DNA from: an uncultured Actinomycetota bacterium
GTDB lineage: Bacteria; Actinomycetota; Nitriliruptoria; Nitriliruptorales; Nitriliruptoraceae
DNA: 50,479 nt
Assembly (NCBI GenBank): GCA_964389945.1
Contig: CAYMGL010000001.1
Location: 1-50,479, forward strand
Direction: 5' to 3'
Positions 43,021-50,479 of this stretch are shown here, one piece after another. The translations under genes and the position numbers were made by a program. The notes under the pieces were generated by a model. It was not told the origin of the DNA and did not search any database. It saw only the letters and a program-made list of their open reading frames with translations. Each line of letters opens with the position of its first letter. Position 1 is the first letter of the stretch.

Positions 43021-43395
43021 TCAGAGGAGGCCGAGGCCTGCCGCGGCGGCGGCGGCCAGGGCAGCGGTCGTGACGGCCACGGCCGCCGTGGGTGCGCCGA
43101 CGCGCAGCCTGCGTGAGCGGCCCGGGTGCGCCGACCACGTGAGGTCCGGTGCCGACACGGGACGCGGGCCGCTCGCGGTCGCGGCCGTGCCTGCAGTCGC
43201 CGGCACCTCGGTCGGACGGCGAGCTGCCTCCGTCGGCCCCTCCTCGAACAGCACGTCGTCGGAGAGGTCGACGACCGCTGACCGCGGGGCGACCCTCTCC
43301 TCCGGTCGTTCCAGGCCCATGAGCAGGCGCTCGAGCGTCTCCACGGTCGGCGGCGACGAGAGCGGTGGGGGGTACGGGGAGGTCACGGAGGGCAT
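43021..43395 (-). CDS. hypothetical tail-anchored small protein (124 aa)
   Basis: High third-position GC in this frame from ATG 43395. Pro-rich N-terminus, acidic middle (VVDLSDDVLFEEG), C-terminal hydrophobic segment APTAAVAVTTAALAAAAAAGLGLL. No obvious SD; start uncertain. Confidence 0.4.
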   Translation of the reverse strand: MPSVTSPYPPPLSSPPTVETLERLLMGLERPEERVAPRSAVVDLSDDVLFEEGPTEAARRPTEVPATAGTAATASGPRPVSAPDLTWSAHPGRSRRLRVGAPTAAVAVTTAALAAAAAAGLGLL

Positions 43396-43513
43396 ACCAC
43401 TGCATCGGCAGCAGGCCGCCGCAGCGCCAGTCGCGGACCGCCGACCGTGACGGCACTTGCGCCAGCCGCACACCCACGTCCGGCGTGCGTCCGACGCCCC
43501 CGGGCTGACCGTC

Positions 43514-43840
43514 TCAGAAGGGCGCGCCCTCGTCGTCACCGACGCCGTCGAGCCGGTCGAGCGCCTCGTCGGACGCCGACCCGCTCGGCGCAGACCCGTC
43601 CGGTGCGGCCGCAGCGCCCTCGGCAGCGAGCTCCTCGCAGGCTGCCTGCAGCGTCCTGCGGTGCGTCGCGAGCTCCTCCATCAGCTGGCGGTGCATCGGC
43701 AGCAGCTCCCCGACCAGCTCGTTGGCCTCACGGACGAGGCCGATCGCCTCGGCCGGGTCGGCGGCGAGCGCCTCGCGGCCGATGCGGTCGAGTCGTTCCA
43801 GGTTGGCCGCGTAGGTCGCGGCATCGACGGGTTCAGTCAT
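43514..43840 (-). CDS. XseB-like small helical protein with long acidic tail
   Basis: 8-nt overlap with the upstream XseA-like gene, the classical xseA-xseB arrangement. YAANLERLDRIGREAL...LVREANELVGELL helical-hairpin-like; 108 aa. Confidence 0.45.
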   Translation of the reverse strand: MTEPVDAATYAANLERLDRIGREALAADPAEAIGLVREANELVGELLPMHRQLMEELATHRRTLQAACEELAAEGAAAAPDGSAPSGSASDEALDRLDGVGDDEGAPF

Positions 43841-45296
43841 CGGGGTCCTCCTCGTCGACGGTGGCGCCGAAGGTGGTCGTTGCGGTGGTGATGCGCACGT
43901 GACTGCCGGCTGCGGGGCCGGCGTCCGGGAGCGGCTGGCCGTCGTCGTCGGTGACCAGCGCGAAGCCGCGTCGCAGCAGGCCCGGCAGCCGCCCGGCGGC
44001 CTCGTGCGTCGTGGCCAGCTCGCGACGCAACCGACCGACGACGTCGTCGGTGCGACCCACGACGTCCGCGAGCTCGCGACGCAGGGCCGGGCCGGGGTCG
44101 CCGATCGCGTCGAGCGTGCCCCGCAGCCGGTCCAGCAGCAGGTCACGATCCGCCAGGGCGGCGGCCACCCCGGCGACCCGCTCGACGTCCACGACGGCCG
44201 CGCGCGTGGTGCGTCCGGCCACGGCCGTCGTGCTGGCGTGCGCGCGGCGCAATGCCTGCACGGCACCGTCCCGCACCCGCACGCGGGCGCCGTCGACCTG
44301 CCCCACGGTGGCTGCCAGCGCCGGGCCCAGCCGGCCCAGCAGGCGGTGGTTGTGGTGGACCAGGGCCCCGACGGCGGCCGAGGCCTGCGCATGGTTGTGG
44401 GCCACGAGCTTGGTCAGCGGCTGGTCGCGTCCGTGCGCGAAGCCGGCCACCACGGGCACGCCGGCGAGGTGCGCGCGGTGGATCGCCTCCAGGACCGGTG
44501 CACCGTCCCAGGCACTGACCGGCGGCAGGTGCCCACCGAACGCGATCAGCACGGCATCGACCCCGGCGCGCACGTGGTGGTCCAGCAGTTCCGGCACGTC
44601 GACCGAGGCGGTCGCCGAGAGCGGGTGGATGCGGTGCCGGCAGAACGCCGGGGCCAGCGCGTCGTGCTCGAGGACTCGCAGCGCCTCGTCGAGGTCGCCG
44701 TCGCCCGCCACGGAGATCAACGCCCCCACGCGTCGCAGGACCGGCGGGAGGTCCGGCCGGGCCGCGACCCAGTCCTCCTCCACGATCCTGCGGCGGAGCG
44801 CCTCGACGGCCGCGGCGTCGCGCGACGCGGCGGCGACCGCGATCGACTGCGTCCGCAGCTGGAGGCTGCCGTCCCCCGGCGCGATGCCCAGCTCGCCCAC
44901 GGCGTCGACGACCGTGCCGGTCGTCAGCGCCTCGCTGACGGGTCCACCGAGCGGCCGCTCCAACCACCGGGCGCGCCAGGCGAAGACGACCAGTCCCAGT
45001 CGGGGCGTGTCCCAGGCCGGTGCCTGCACGTCCTCGTCGACGAGCGTCACGAACTGCGTCCCGCCGCGCGACGCACCGGTGTCCACGACGCGGCCACGGA
45101 CGTGGACGGGCCCCTCGATCGCGGCGCCGACCACCTCCTCGGCCACGGCGAAGAGGTCCGACGGGGCCCACGTCGGCGTCGTCCGCTCGTCCTGCGCCAC
45201 GGTCCTCCAGCTGCGGTCGGGCGGCAGCGTAAGCGAGGCGCGGCCAGCGACCGTGTCCGGCCAGCGGACGTTGTGGAAGCCGGGTCGCGTCGGCAC
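43833..45296 (-). CDS. XseA-like (exodeoxyribonuclease VII large subunit architecture), degenerate motifs
   Basis: OB-like N-terminus (VHVRGRVVDTGASRGGTQFVTLVDED). Central domain colinear with XseA but FGGHL replaces RGGGS and AHGRD replaces GHExD. Long helical region, and a C-terminal FALVTDDDGQPL...GSHVRITTATTTFGATV like the XseA C-terminus. I chose start GTG 45296; start uncertain. Confidence 0.55.
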   Translation of the reverse strand: MPTRPGFHNVRWPDTVAGRASLTLPPDRSWRTVAQDERTTPTWAPSDLFAVAEEVVGAAIEGPVHVRGRVVDTGASRGGTQFVTLVDEDVQAPAWDTPRLGLVVFAWRARWLERPLGGPVSEALTTGTVVDAVGELGIAPGDGSLQLRTQSIAVAAASRDAAAVEALRRRIVEEDWVAARPDLPPVLRRVGALISVAGDGDLDEALRVLEHDALAPAFCRHRIHPLSATASVDVPELLDHHVRAGVDAVLIAFGGHLPPVSAWDGAPVLEAIHRAHLAGVPVVAGFAHGRDQPLTKLVAHNHAQASAAVGALVHHNHRLLGRLGPALAATVGQVDGARVRVRDGAVQALRRAHASTTAVAGRTTRAAVVDVERVAGVAAALADRDLLLDRLRGTLDAIGDPGPALRRELADVVGRTDDVVGRLRRELATTHEAAGRLPGLLRRGFALVTDDDGQPLPDAGPAAGSHVRITTATTTFGATVDEEDPDD

Positions 45297-45348
45297 CGTT
45301 GTCCCTGTTCCACTCCCCCACTCCCGAATGCTTTCGAGCGAGGCTCCC

Positions 45349-46056
45349 GTGCTGGTCGAGATCTGGTCCGACGTCGTCTGCCCCTGGTGCGCCATCGGCA
45401 AGCGGCGCTTCGAACAGGCCCTCGACGGCTGGGAGCACGCGGACGACGTCACCGTCCGGTGGCGGTCCTTCGAGCTCGACCCGAGCCGCCGCGGCACGAT
45501 CGAGGGCGACTACGTGGCGCTGCTGGCCGGCAAGTACCGCACCAGCCGCGAACAGGCGCAGGCGATGATCGACCGGATGACGCAGGCAGGTGCCGAGGAG
45601 GGCATCGACTTCCGCTTCGACATCGCGCGACCGGGCAACACCTTCGACGCCCACCGACTGCTCCACCTCGCGGCCGAGCGCGGCGTCCAGCACCGGGTCA
45701 AGGACCGGTTCCTGCGCGGCTACCACAGCGAAGGCGTGGCGATCGCCGAGCACGACGAGCTCACCGACCTCGCGGTCGACGCGGGGCTCGACCGTGACGA
45801 GGTCACGAGCGTGCTCGCCGGGGACGACCACGCCGACGCGGTGCGCGCCGACGAGGCCCAGGCCCGCGAGTACGGGATCAGCGGCGTCCCGTTCTTCGTG
45901 ATCGACCGGCGGGTCGGGGTCTCCGGCGCCCAGCCCGCCACCCACCTGCGGGCCGCCCTCGAGCAGGTGCGCGCGAACGGGGCCGCGGTGCCCGCCCACG
46001 AGGGCCATGCACACGGCCCCGACGAGGCCTGCGTCGACGGCGTCTGCGCGGTCTGA
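45349..46056 (+). CDS. DsbA/FrnE-family thiol-disulfide oxidoreductase
   Basis: VEIWSDVVCPWCAIGKRRF (CPWC active site), GISGVPFFVID. I chose start GTG 45349 (GAGG upstream); ATG 45328 is possible. Confidence 0.8.
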   Translation: MLVEIWSDVVCPWCAIGKRRFEQALDGWEHADDVTVRWRSFELDPSRRGTIEGDYVALLAGKYRTSREQAQAMIDRMTQAGAEEGIDFRFDIARPGNTFDAHRLLHLAAERGVQHRVKDRFLRGYHSEGVAIAEHDELTDLAVDAGLDRDEVTSVLAGDDHADAVRADEAQAREYGISGVPFFVIDRRVGVSGAQPATHLRAALEQVRANGAAVPAHEGHAHGPDEACVDGVCAV

Positions 46057-46170
46057 GCGCTGGGCGGACACGCGGTCGGGTCCTGACAACCCCACCGACG
46101 ACCTGTGCGACTGCAGGGGTGCAGAGCACTCCTCGACCGTCGGGGAGGCACACACACCGAGGACCCTCCC

Positions 46171-46905
46171 ATGCGGACCACACGCATCCTTGCCATCGCC
46201 GCCACGGCCGTCGCACTCACCGCCTGCGCCGGCACCGTGGACGGCACGACCTCCGACCCCGCGGCCGCTGACGACCAGCAGGCCGAGGCACCGGAGGACG
46301 ACACGACCGACGACGCGGTCGACGAGACCACGGACGACGACGCGACGGGCGACGACGCAACCGACGACCAGCCCGCGGACGACCAGCCCGCGGACGACGA
46401 GGCTGCCGACGACGGGACGAGCACCGACGACGTCGCAGCGGACTGCTCGGCCGCCGGGACCACCGGCACGGTCGCCGACGCCGGACTGCCCACCGAGACC
46501 GCGGCGACGGCCAGCTTCCTGCTGGACGCGGCCGTCCGCTGCGACGAGCAGCTGCTGACGACCGCGGCCACCGAGTCCGGGACCTCCTTCCTCTTCGGCA
46601 GCGCGACCGTCGGGGACGTGTTCGCCCTGCCCGAGGACGGCACGACCACGCCCTCCGGCTGGACGGCGCTGGCGACCCTGCTGTCCGGCACGACCCCGAC
46701 GCTCGCCGGTGACGGCGAGATCTGGACCTGGCCGGCCGCGGCCGGCGTCGACGCCGACGACGCGGCCTGGCAGGAACTGGTCGACAGCGGGCTGTACACC
46801 GCGGCCCAGGTCGAGGAGCTGCGCGAGGCGCCCGACGGCTACCTCGGCTGGCGCGTCGGCATCGACGCGGACGGCACGTGGGTCTTCATGACCGCGGGCG
46901 ACTGA
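46171..46905 (+). CDS. lipoprotein with highly acidic low-complexity linker, unknown C-terminal domain
   Basis: GAGGA upstream of ATG 46171. Signal + lipobox AVALTAC, about 70 aa of D/T/A/E-rich linker including a DDQPA x2 repeat, then a globular ~150 aa domain. Confidence 0.7.
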   Translation: MRTTRILAIAATAVALTACAGTVDGTTSDPAAADDQQAEAPEDDTTDDAVDETTDDDATGDDATDDQPADDQPADDEAADDGTSTDDVAADCSAAGTTGTVADAGLPTETAATASFLLDAAVRCDEQLLTTAATESGTSFLFGSATVGDVFALPEDGTTTPSGWTALATLLSGTTPTLAGDGEIWTWPAAAGVDADDAAWQELVDSGLYTAAQVEELREAPDGYLGWRVGIDADGTWVFMTAGD

Positions 46906-46926
46906 CCAGCGACGAGCGATCCGGCA

Positions 46927-46950
46927 GGGCCGCCCCTCCCCGGGCGGCCC
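46927..46950. terminator. bidirectional stem-loop between convergent genes
   Basis: GGGCCGCCC ctcccc GGGCGGCCC: perfect 9-bp stem with a 6-nt loop, in the 54-nt convergent gap. Confidence 0.6.
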
Positions 46951-46959
46951 GGCCGGTGG

Positions 46960-47388
46960 TCAGCGGTCCTCGGGGCGGATCCGGCGGCCGGTCACCGAGT
47001 TCGCCTGCATCGCCACCCAGTTGGTGCGGAAGGTCGGGTTCGACCACGGTCGCACGCCCGACGCACGCAGCTGCTCCAACTCGTCGGCGTCGGTCACCAG
47101 GTCGGCGCGCCCCTTGATCAGGACGCTCCAGCCCGTGCCGTTGCGCTCGTCGTAGTGGTCGGCCTGGAAGGTCGCCACGTGCTGCATGATCCCGGCGTCC
47201 AGCTTCGCCCCGGGTGCGCTGCGGAAGCAGACCCGGCCCTCGTGCACCACGTGGTTGACCGGCAGCACCGCGATCTCGCCGCCGTCGATCATCGCGACCC
47301 GGCCGACCGGCACGGTGGCCAGGAGCTCCATGCACTCCTCGTGGTCCAGGATCTCCATCCCCGAGCGGTCCCTCATCTGTGCCGCCAT
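46960..47388 (-). CDS. pyridoxamine 5'-phosphate oxidase family protein
   Basis: LDHEECMELLATVPVGRVAMIDGGEIAVLPVNHVVHEGRVCFRSAPGAKL pattern of Pyridox_ox_2/PPOX proteins; 142 aa. Confidence 0.75.
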   Translation of the reverse strand: MAAQMRDRSGMEILDHEECMELLATVPVGRVAMIDGGEIAVLPVNHVVHEGRVCFRSAPGAKLDAGIMQHVATFQADHYDERNGTGWSVLIKGRADLVTDADELEQLRASGVRPWSNPTFRTNWVAMQANSVTGRRIRPEDR

Positions 47389-47524
47389 CGTCGTCTCCTC
47401 GTCCCGTTACTGCATGGTGTGGAGCCCGGCCGACCCGGACAGGTGACCAAGGTCCCGTCGCTCGGGGGACCCCCCGCGCGTCGCCGTGGCATGCTTCGCC
47501 ACCCCGCACGGAGGTCGTCCGCAC

Positions 47525-47950
47525 GTGCCCTTCACCCACACGGTCCGCGTCCGCTACGCCGAGGTCGATGCCCAGGGCGTCGTCTTCAACGCCCACTGGC
47601 TGACCTACGCCGACGACGCGACCACGCGCTGGTTCGAACACCTCGGCTACGACCCCGCCACGCTGTGGACGGGCAGTGACGCGACGTTCGACATCATGGT
47701 GCGGGCATCCTCGCTGGACTACGTCGGTGCCGCCCACTTCGACGAGGAGGTGGCGCTGGAGGTCGCGCCCACCAGGATCGGCACCACGTCGTTCGACCTG
47801 CAGTACCGGGCGCGCGTCGGGGACCGACCGGCGGTCACGATCACCACCACCTACGTCGTCGTCGTCCCCGGGGAGCAGCGGTCCCAGCCGATCCCGGCCG
47901 AGCTCCGGTCCCACCTCGAACGCGAACTCGTCACGGCGGCGACCCCGTGA
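47525..47950 (+). CDS. acyl-CoA thioesterase, 4HBT/YbgC hot-dog family
   Basis: FTHTVRVRYAEVDAQGVVFNAHWLTYADDA motif with catalytic Asp. I chose GTG 47525 (GGAGG upstream); the ORF is open from 47486. Confidence 0.8.
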   Translation: MPFTHTVRVRYAEVDAQGVVFNAHWLTYADDATTRWFEHLGYDPATLWTGSDATFDIMVRASSLDYVGAAHFDEEVALEVAPTRIGTTSFDLQYRARVGDRPAVTITTTYVVVVPGEQRSQPIPAELRSHLERELVTAATP

Positions 47951-48801
47951 CCGGCGTGCGGGTGGCGCCGCTGGGCGACGCGTCCGACGAGGCGGCCGTC
48001 GCCTACGTGACCGCGGCCCAGGCCGACCCGACCCGGAACGTCACCTTCGTCGGTGAGGGCGAGCTGACCGTGCGCAGCGACGTCCGCGCCGTCGACGAGT
48101 GGCGTGACCACACCCTCGTCGCCACCGACGGTGACGACGTCGTCGGCGTCCTCGTCGTCGACACCGATGCCGAGCTCGGTCGCTGCTGGTGGCTCGGCCC
48201 GTGGGCCGACGACGACGCGATCGCCCGCGCACTGCTGGACGCGGCCGAACCACTGGTCGACGGGTTGCAGCACCGGGAGTTCGCGCCGGACGCCCGCAAC
48301 ACGACGCAGGCCGCGCTGGCCACGGCGCTCGGCTACGCGCCGCGGCAGCCGAGCGCCATCCTCGCGCTCGACCTGCGGGCGTGGGAGCCCGACGCCGACA
48401 CCCCGCACGTCCAGACGCTCGACGACGAGGACCGGGACGTCGTCGCGGCCCTCCACGACCGGCTGTTCCCCGGCACGCACACGCCGGGGCGGCGTCTCGT
48501 CCGCGACGAGGCCACCACCGTCCTGGTCATCGGCGAGCCGCCCCACGGCTACGTCGCGACGCAGGAGCAGGAGGAGGCCTCGCTCTACATCGACTTCCTG
48601 GGCGTCGACCCGGGCGCGCGGCGGCGGGGCCTCGGCCGTGACCTGCTCGTCGCGACGCTGGACCTGGCCCGGCGTCGCGGCATGGAGCGGGCGTTCCTGA
48701 CGGTCTACGTCAGCAACGAGGCGGCCCGGGCCCTCTACGCCGGGCTCGGGTTCGACGAGGAGCGACTGATCCAGCCGTTCATCCTGGAGCGTCGTCGGTG
48801 A
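47947..48801 (+). CDS. GNAT family N-acetyltransferase (two-lobed, MshD-like size)
   Basis: GTGA overlap with the thioesterase gene. Acetyl-CoA site LGVDPGARRRGLGRDLL and ...NEAARALYAGLGF. Confidence 0.8.
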   Translation: MTGVRVAPLGDASDEAAVAYVTAAQADPTRNVTFVGEGELTVRSDVRAVDEWRDHTLVATDGDDVVGVLVVDTDAELGRCWWLGPWADDDAIARALLDAAEPLVDGLQHREFAPDARNTTQAALATALGYAPRQPSAILALDLRAWEPDADTPHVQTLDDEDRDVVAALHDRLFPGTHTPGRRLVRDEATTVLVIGEPPHGYVATQEQEEASLYIDFLGVDPGARRRGLGRDLLVATLDLARRRGMERAFLTVYVSNEAARALYAGLGFDEERLIQPFILERRR

Positions 48802-49189
48802 CCGGCAGGCCGCACCGTTCCCGCAGGTGCGCGGCGAAGCCCTCGAGGTCCTCCACGGTCAGCGTGATCCCGGGGTGCACCGCTGCCGGGGTCAGGGCGG
48901 CGACCCTGCGGTGGAAGCAGACGCAGACCCCGCCCACGGTCGAGGTGCCGAAGGTCGCGCCGAGGTCGGCGAACGACCCGCGGGGACCGATGGCCTTCAC
49001 CGCCGTGTAGTCGCGGGTGATCCGCACGTCCTTGACGTTGGTCAGCGGCGTGCGGCAGGACCACGGGCCGAAGCGGGCGTCCAGGTGCGTGTCGGTCACG
49101 TCGACGCGGGCGGTGCGCGGGCTGATGCCGAGCGCGCGCAGGGGCAACGCGACGCCGTCGAAGCGGAACGCGAACGTGCGGGTGGTCAC
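48779..49189 (-). CDS. hypothetical protein (136 aa)
   Basis: GAGGAG 6 nt upstream of GTG 49189. Coding-like composition (TTRTFAFRFDGVALPLRALGISPRTARVDVTD...) in contrast to the Arg/Gly-rich remainder of ORF 48779..50182. No family recognised. Confidence 0.5.
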   Translation of the reverse strand: MTTRTFAFRFDGVALPLRALGISPRTARVDVTDTHLDARFGPWSCRTPLTNVKDVRITRDYTAVKAIGPRGSFADLGATFGTSTVGGVCVCFHRRVAALTPAAVHPGITLTVEDLEGFAAHLRERCGLPVTDDAPG

Positions 49190-49285
49190 GGGCACCTCCT
49201 CGTGCACAGCACAGCACATCGTCGGGGCCGACGCGACCCGGCAGGGCATTAGCCTCCCACGCGCGACCACCGACAAGGAGCCGAC

Positions 49286-50044
49286 GTGGAGATCGCTGGG
49301 ACCGCCGCACTGGTGACCGGAGGGGCCTCCGGGCTGGGGCTGGCCACCGCCAGGCGACTGCTGGACGCGGGTGCGTCGGTGTGCATCGTCGACCTGCCGT
49401 CCTCCGACGGCAGCAGCGTCGCCGACGAGATCGGCGCGACCTTCGCCCCGGCCGACGTGACGGACGAGGAGGCGGTGGCGGCGGCCGTCGGGATCGCCGG
49501 CGAGCTCGGGCCCCTGCGCATCGCGGTCAACTGCGCCGGGATCGGACCGCCCAAGCGGGTCCTGGCACGCGACGGCAGCCCGTCCGACCTCGGTCACTTC
49601 CGCACCGTCGTGGAGGTCAACCTCATCGGCACGTTCAACGTGCTGCGGCTGGCTGCGGCGGAGATGGCGCGCCACGACCCTCTCGGCGAGGAGCGCGGCG
49701 TGATCGTGAACACGGCGTCGGCCGCGGCCTTCGACGGCCAGATCGGCCAGGCCGCCTACTCGGCGTCCAAGGGCGGTGTCGTCGGCATGACGCTGCCGCT
49801 GGCCCGCGACCTCGCCCAGTGGCAGGTCCGGGTGATGACGATCGCACCCGGCCTGTTCCGCACCCCGCTGCTGCTCGGTCTGCCCGAGGAGGCGCTGCAG
49901 TCGCTGGGCAACCAGGTCCCGCACCCCAGCCGGCTCGGCGACCCGGACGAGTACGGGCTGCTGGTCCGACAGGTCGTCGAGAACCCGATGCTCAACGGCG
50001 AGGTCATCCGCCTCGACGGGGCCATCCGCATGGCGCCGCGCTGA
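49286..50044 (+). CDS. SDR oxidoreductase, 3-hydroxyacyl-CoA dehydrogenase type-2 (HSD10)-like
   Basis: [18 protein letters not shown], catalytic [20 protein letters not shown]. Confidence 0.8.
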   Translation: MEIAGTAALVTGGASGLGLATARRLLDAGASVCIVDLPSSDGSSVADEIGATFAPADVTDEEAVAAAVGIAGELGPLRIAVNCAGIGPPKRVLARDGSPSDLGHFRTVVEVNLIGTFNVLRLAAAEMARHDPLGEERGVIVNTASAAAFDGQIGQAAYSASKGGVVGMTLPLARDLAQWQVRVMTIAPGLFRTPLLLGLPEEALQSLGNQVPHPSRLGDPDEYGLLVRQVVENPMLNGEVIRLDGAIRMAPR

Positions 50045-50045
50045 G

Positions 50046-50441
50046 TCAGACGACGTCGCGTCGGGCGTCGTTCGCGCGGGTCCGGTCTGCCGAGGCCCGT
50101 GCGGCCTGCTCGACCATGCGGCGTGCCGCGTCGCGCGCACGTCGGGCGGGGTGCAGCGAGACGACGTCGCGGACCCGGTCACGACGCAGCTTCAGCCAGC
50201 GCAGGACGGCGACGTAGCCGCCACAGGCCAGGACGGCCAGCACGGCGAGGGTCCACCAGAAGGCACCGCCGGCGACGAGCGCGGTCAGGAACGTGGCGAG
50301 CACCAGTCCGGCCAGGCGGGCCAGGACCATCCGACGCCGCTCCAACAGGTCCTGGCGGGCGGACCGGGCGGGGTGCACCTCCCAGCCCGGTCCGCCGTGG
50401 ACCAGCACACGGCGGGAGTCGCAGGTCGCCAGCCGTTGCAT
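50046..50441 (-). CDS. hypothetical membrane protein (start may lie beyond the listed ATG, near the window edge)
   Basis: Two hydrophobic segments (LAGLVLATFLTALVAGGAFWW, LAVLAVLACGGYVAVL) flanked by Arg-rich regions. No family recognised. Confidence 0.4.
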   Translation of the reverse strand: MQRLATCDSRRVLVHGGPGWEVHPARSARQDLLERRRMVLARLAGLVLATFLTALVAGGAFWWTLAVLAVLACGGYVAVLRWLKLRRDRVRDVVSLHPARRARDAARRMVEQAARASADRTRANDARRDVV

Positions 50442-50479
50442 CGCGGTGGTGAAACCGTCGACGGTCGAGCGTGGGGACG

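Noticed and set aside
43951-46056. 701-aa plus-strand ORF; likewise 34130..36118 (662 aa), 25486..27003 (505 aa), 40352..42493 (713 aa) and 6408..7754 (448 aa)
   Set aside because: In each case only the 3' portion, after an internal start with a Shine-Dalgarno or a start/stop overlap, has family motifs (DsbA, acyl-CoA ligase, aldo/keto reductase, M3 peptidase, ABC-2 permease). The 5' extensions are Arg/Pro/Ser-rich and overlap other well-supported genes.
47030-47050. tRNA T-arm-like string gggttcgacc; also ttcgaa at 7787
   Set aside because: No acceptor, D or anticodon stems can be built around them. The first lies inside a well-supported PPOX CDS and the second is part of the promoter palindrome.
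1-50479. Search for mobile elements, integrases, toxin-antitoxin pairs, restriction-modification or other known defence genes, and for compositional islands
   Set aside because: No transposase, integrase or recombinase motifs, and no terminal inverted repeats, were seen. The only low-GC patches are short promoter/operator regions. The window looks like core or accessory metabolic chromosome rather than a defence or mobile island.

Overview
Very GC-rich (by eye well above 65%; not computed) actinobacterial-type chromosomal DNA. It holds about 50 protein-coding genes on both strands, and many are joined by 1-8 nt start/stop overlaps (ATGA, GTGA, TGATG). I found no rRNA, tRNA, CRISPR array, transposase, integrase or prophage gene. 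Because of the GC content, most long ORFs in the six-frame track are antisense artefacts; I called genes only where the translation carries recognisable family motifs or a plausible Shine-Dalgarno and start. Left to right: orphan sensor kinase, small His-rich secreted peptide, SARP/BTAD-TPR regulator, BBE-type FAD oxidase, DrrAB-like exporter and LigB-type dioxygenase behind a near-consensus promoter. Next come MarR + L-2-hydroxyglutarate oxidase, and a Baeyer-Villiger monooxygenase divergent from a tocopherol-cyclase-like gene. Then an alpha/beta-hydrolase + PLDc_N-fused ABC ATPase + ABC-2 permease operon with a divergent ArsR-type regulator, then an MFS transporter, a holin-IV-like gene, a 7-TM SWEET/PQ-loop-like protein and a short HPF. 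A PHA module follows (class III phaC, 108-aa PhaE/phasin-like partner, serine hydrolase, AAE transporter, nearby 3-hydroxybutyrate dehydrogenase and thioesterases). After that sits a translationally coupled operon: Liv-type ABC importer, acyl-CoA ligase, TetR, divergent KAS III. The right end has an AlkZ-like (QAQ) DNA glycosylase coupled to an MBL hydrolase with no canonical start codon, an orphan ABC ATPase, an M3 peptidase, a degenerate XseA/XseB-like pair, DsbA/FrnE, an acidic lipoprotein, PPOX proteins, a thioesterase, a GNAT and an SDR. I see no single clear novel system. The best leads are: (1) a triplicated 27-nt module at the phaC stop codon, each copy carrying a hairpin plus SD-start-stop mini-ORF; (2) the degenerate XseA/XseB-like pair with a tail-anchored small protein; (3) the His-N-terminal secreted peptide next to the kinase and SARP regulator; (4) the importer-ligase-TetR-KAS III operon beside the AlkZ-like glycosylase; (5) the 3+1+3 TM SWEET-like protein. 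All family assignments come from motif recognition by eye, not from searches.
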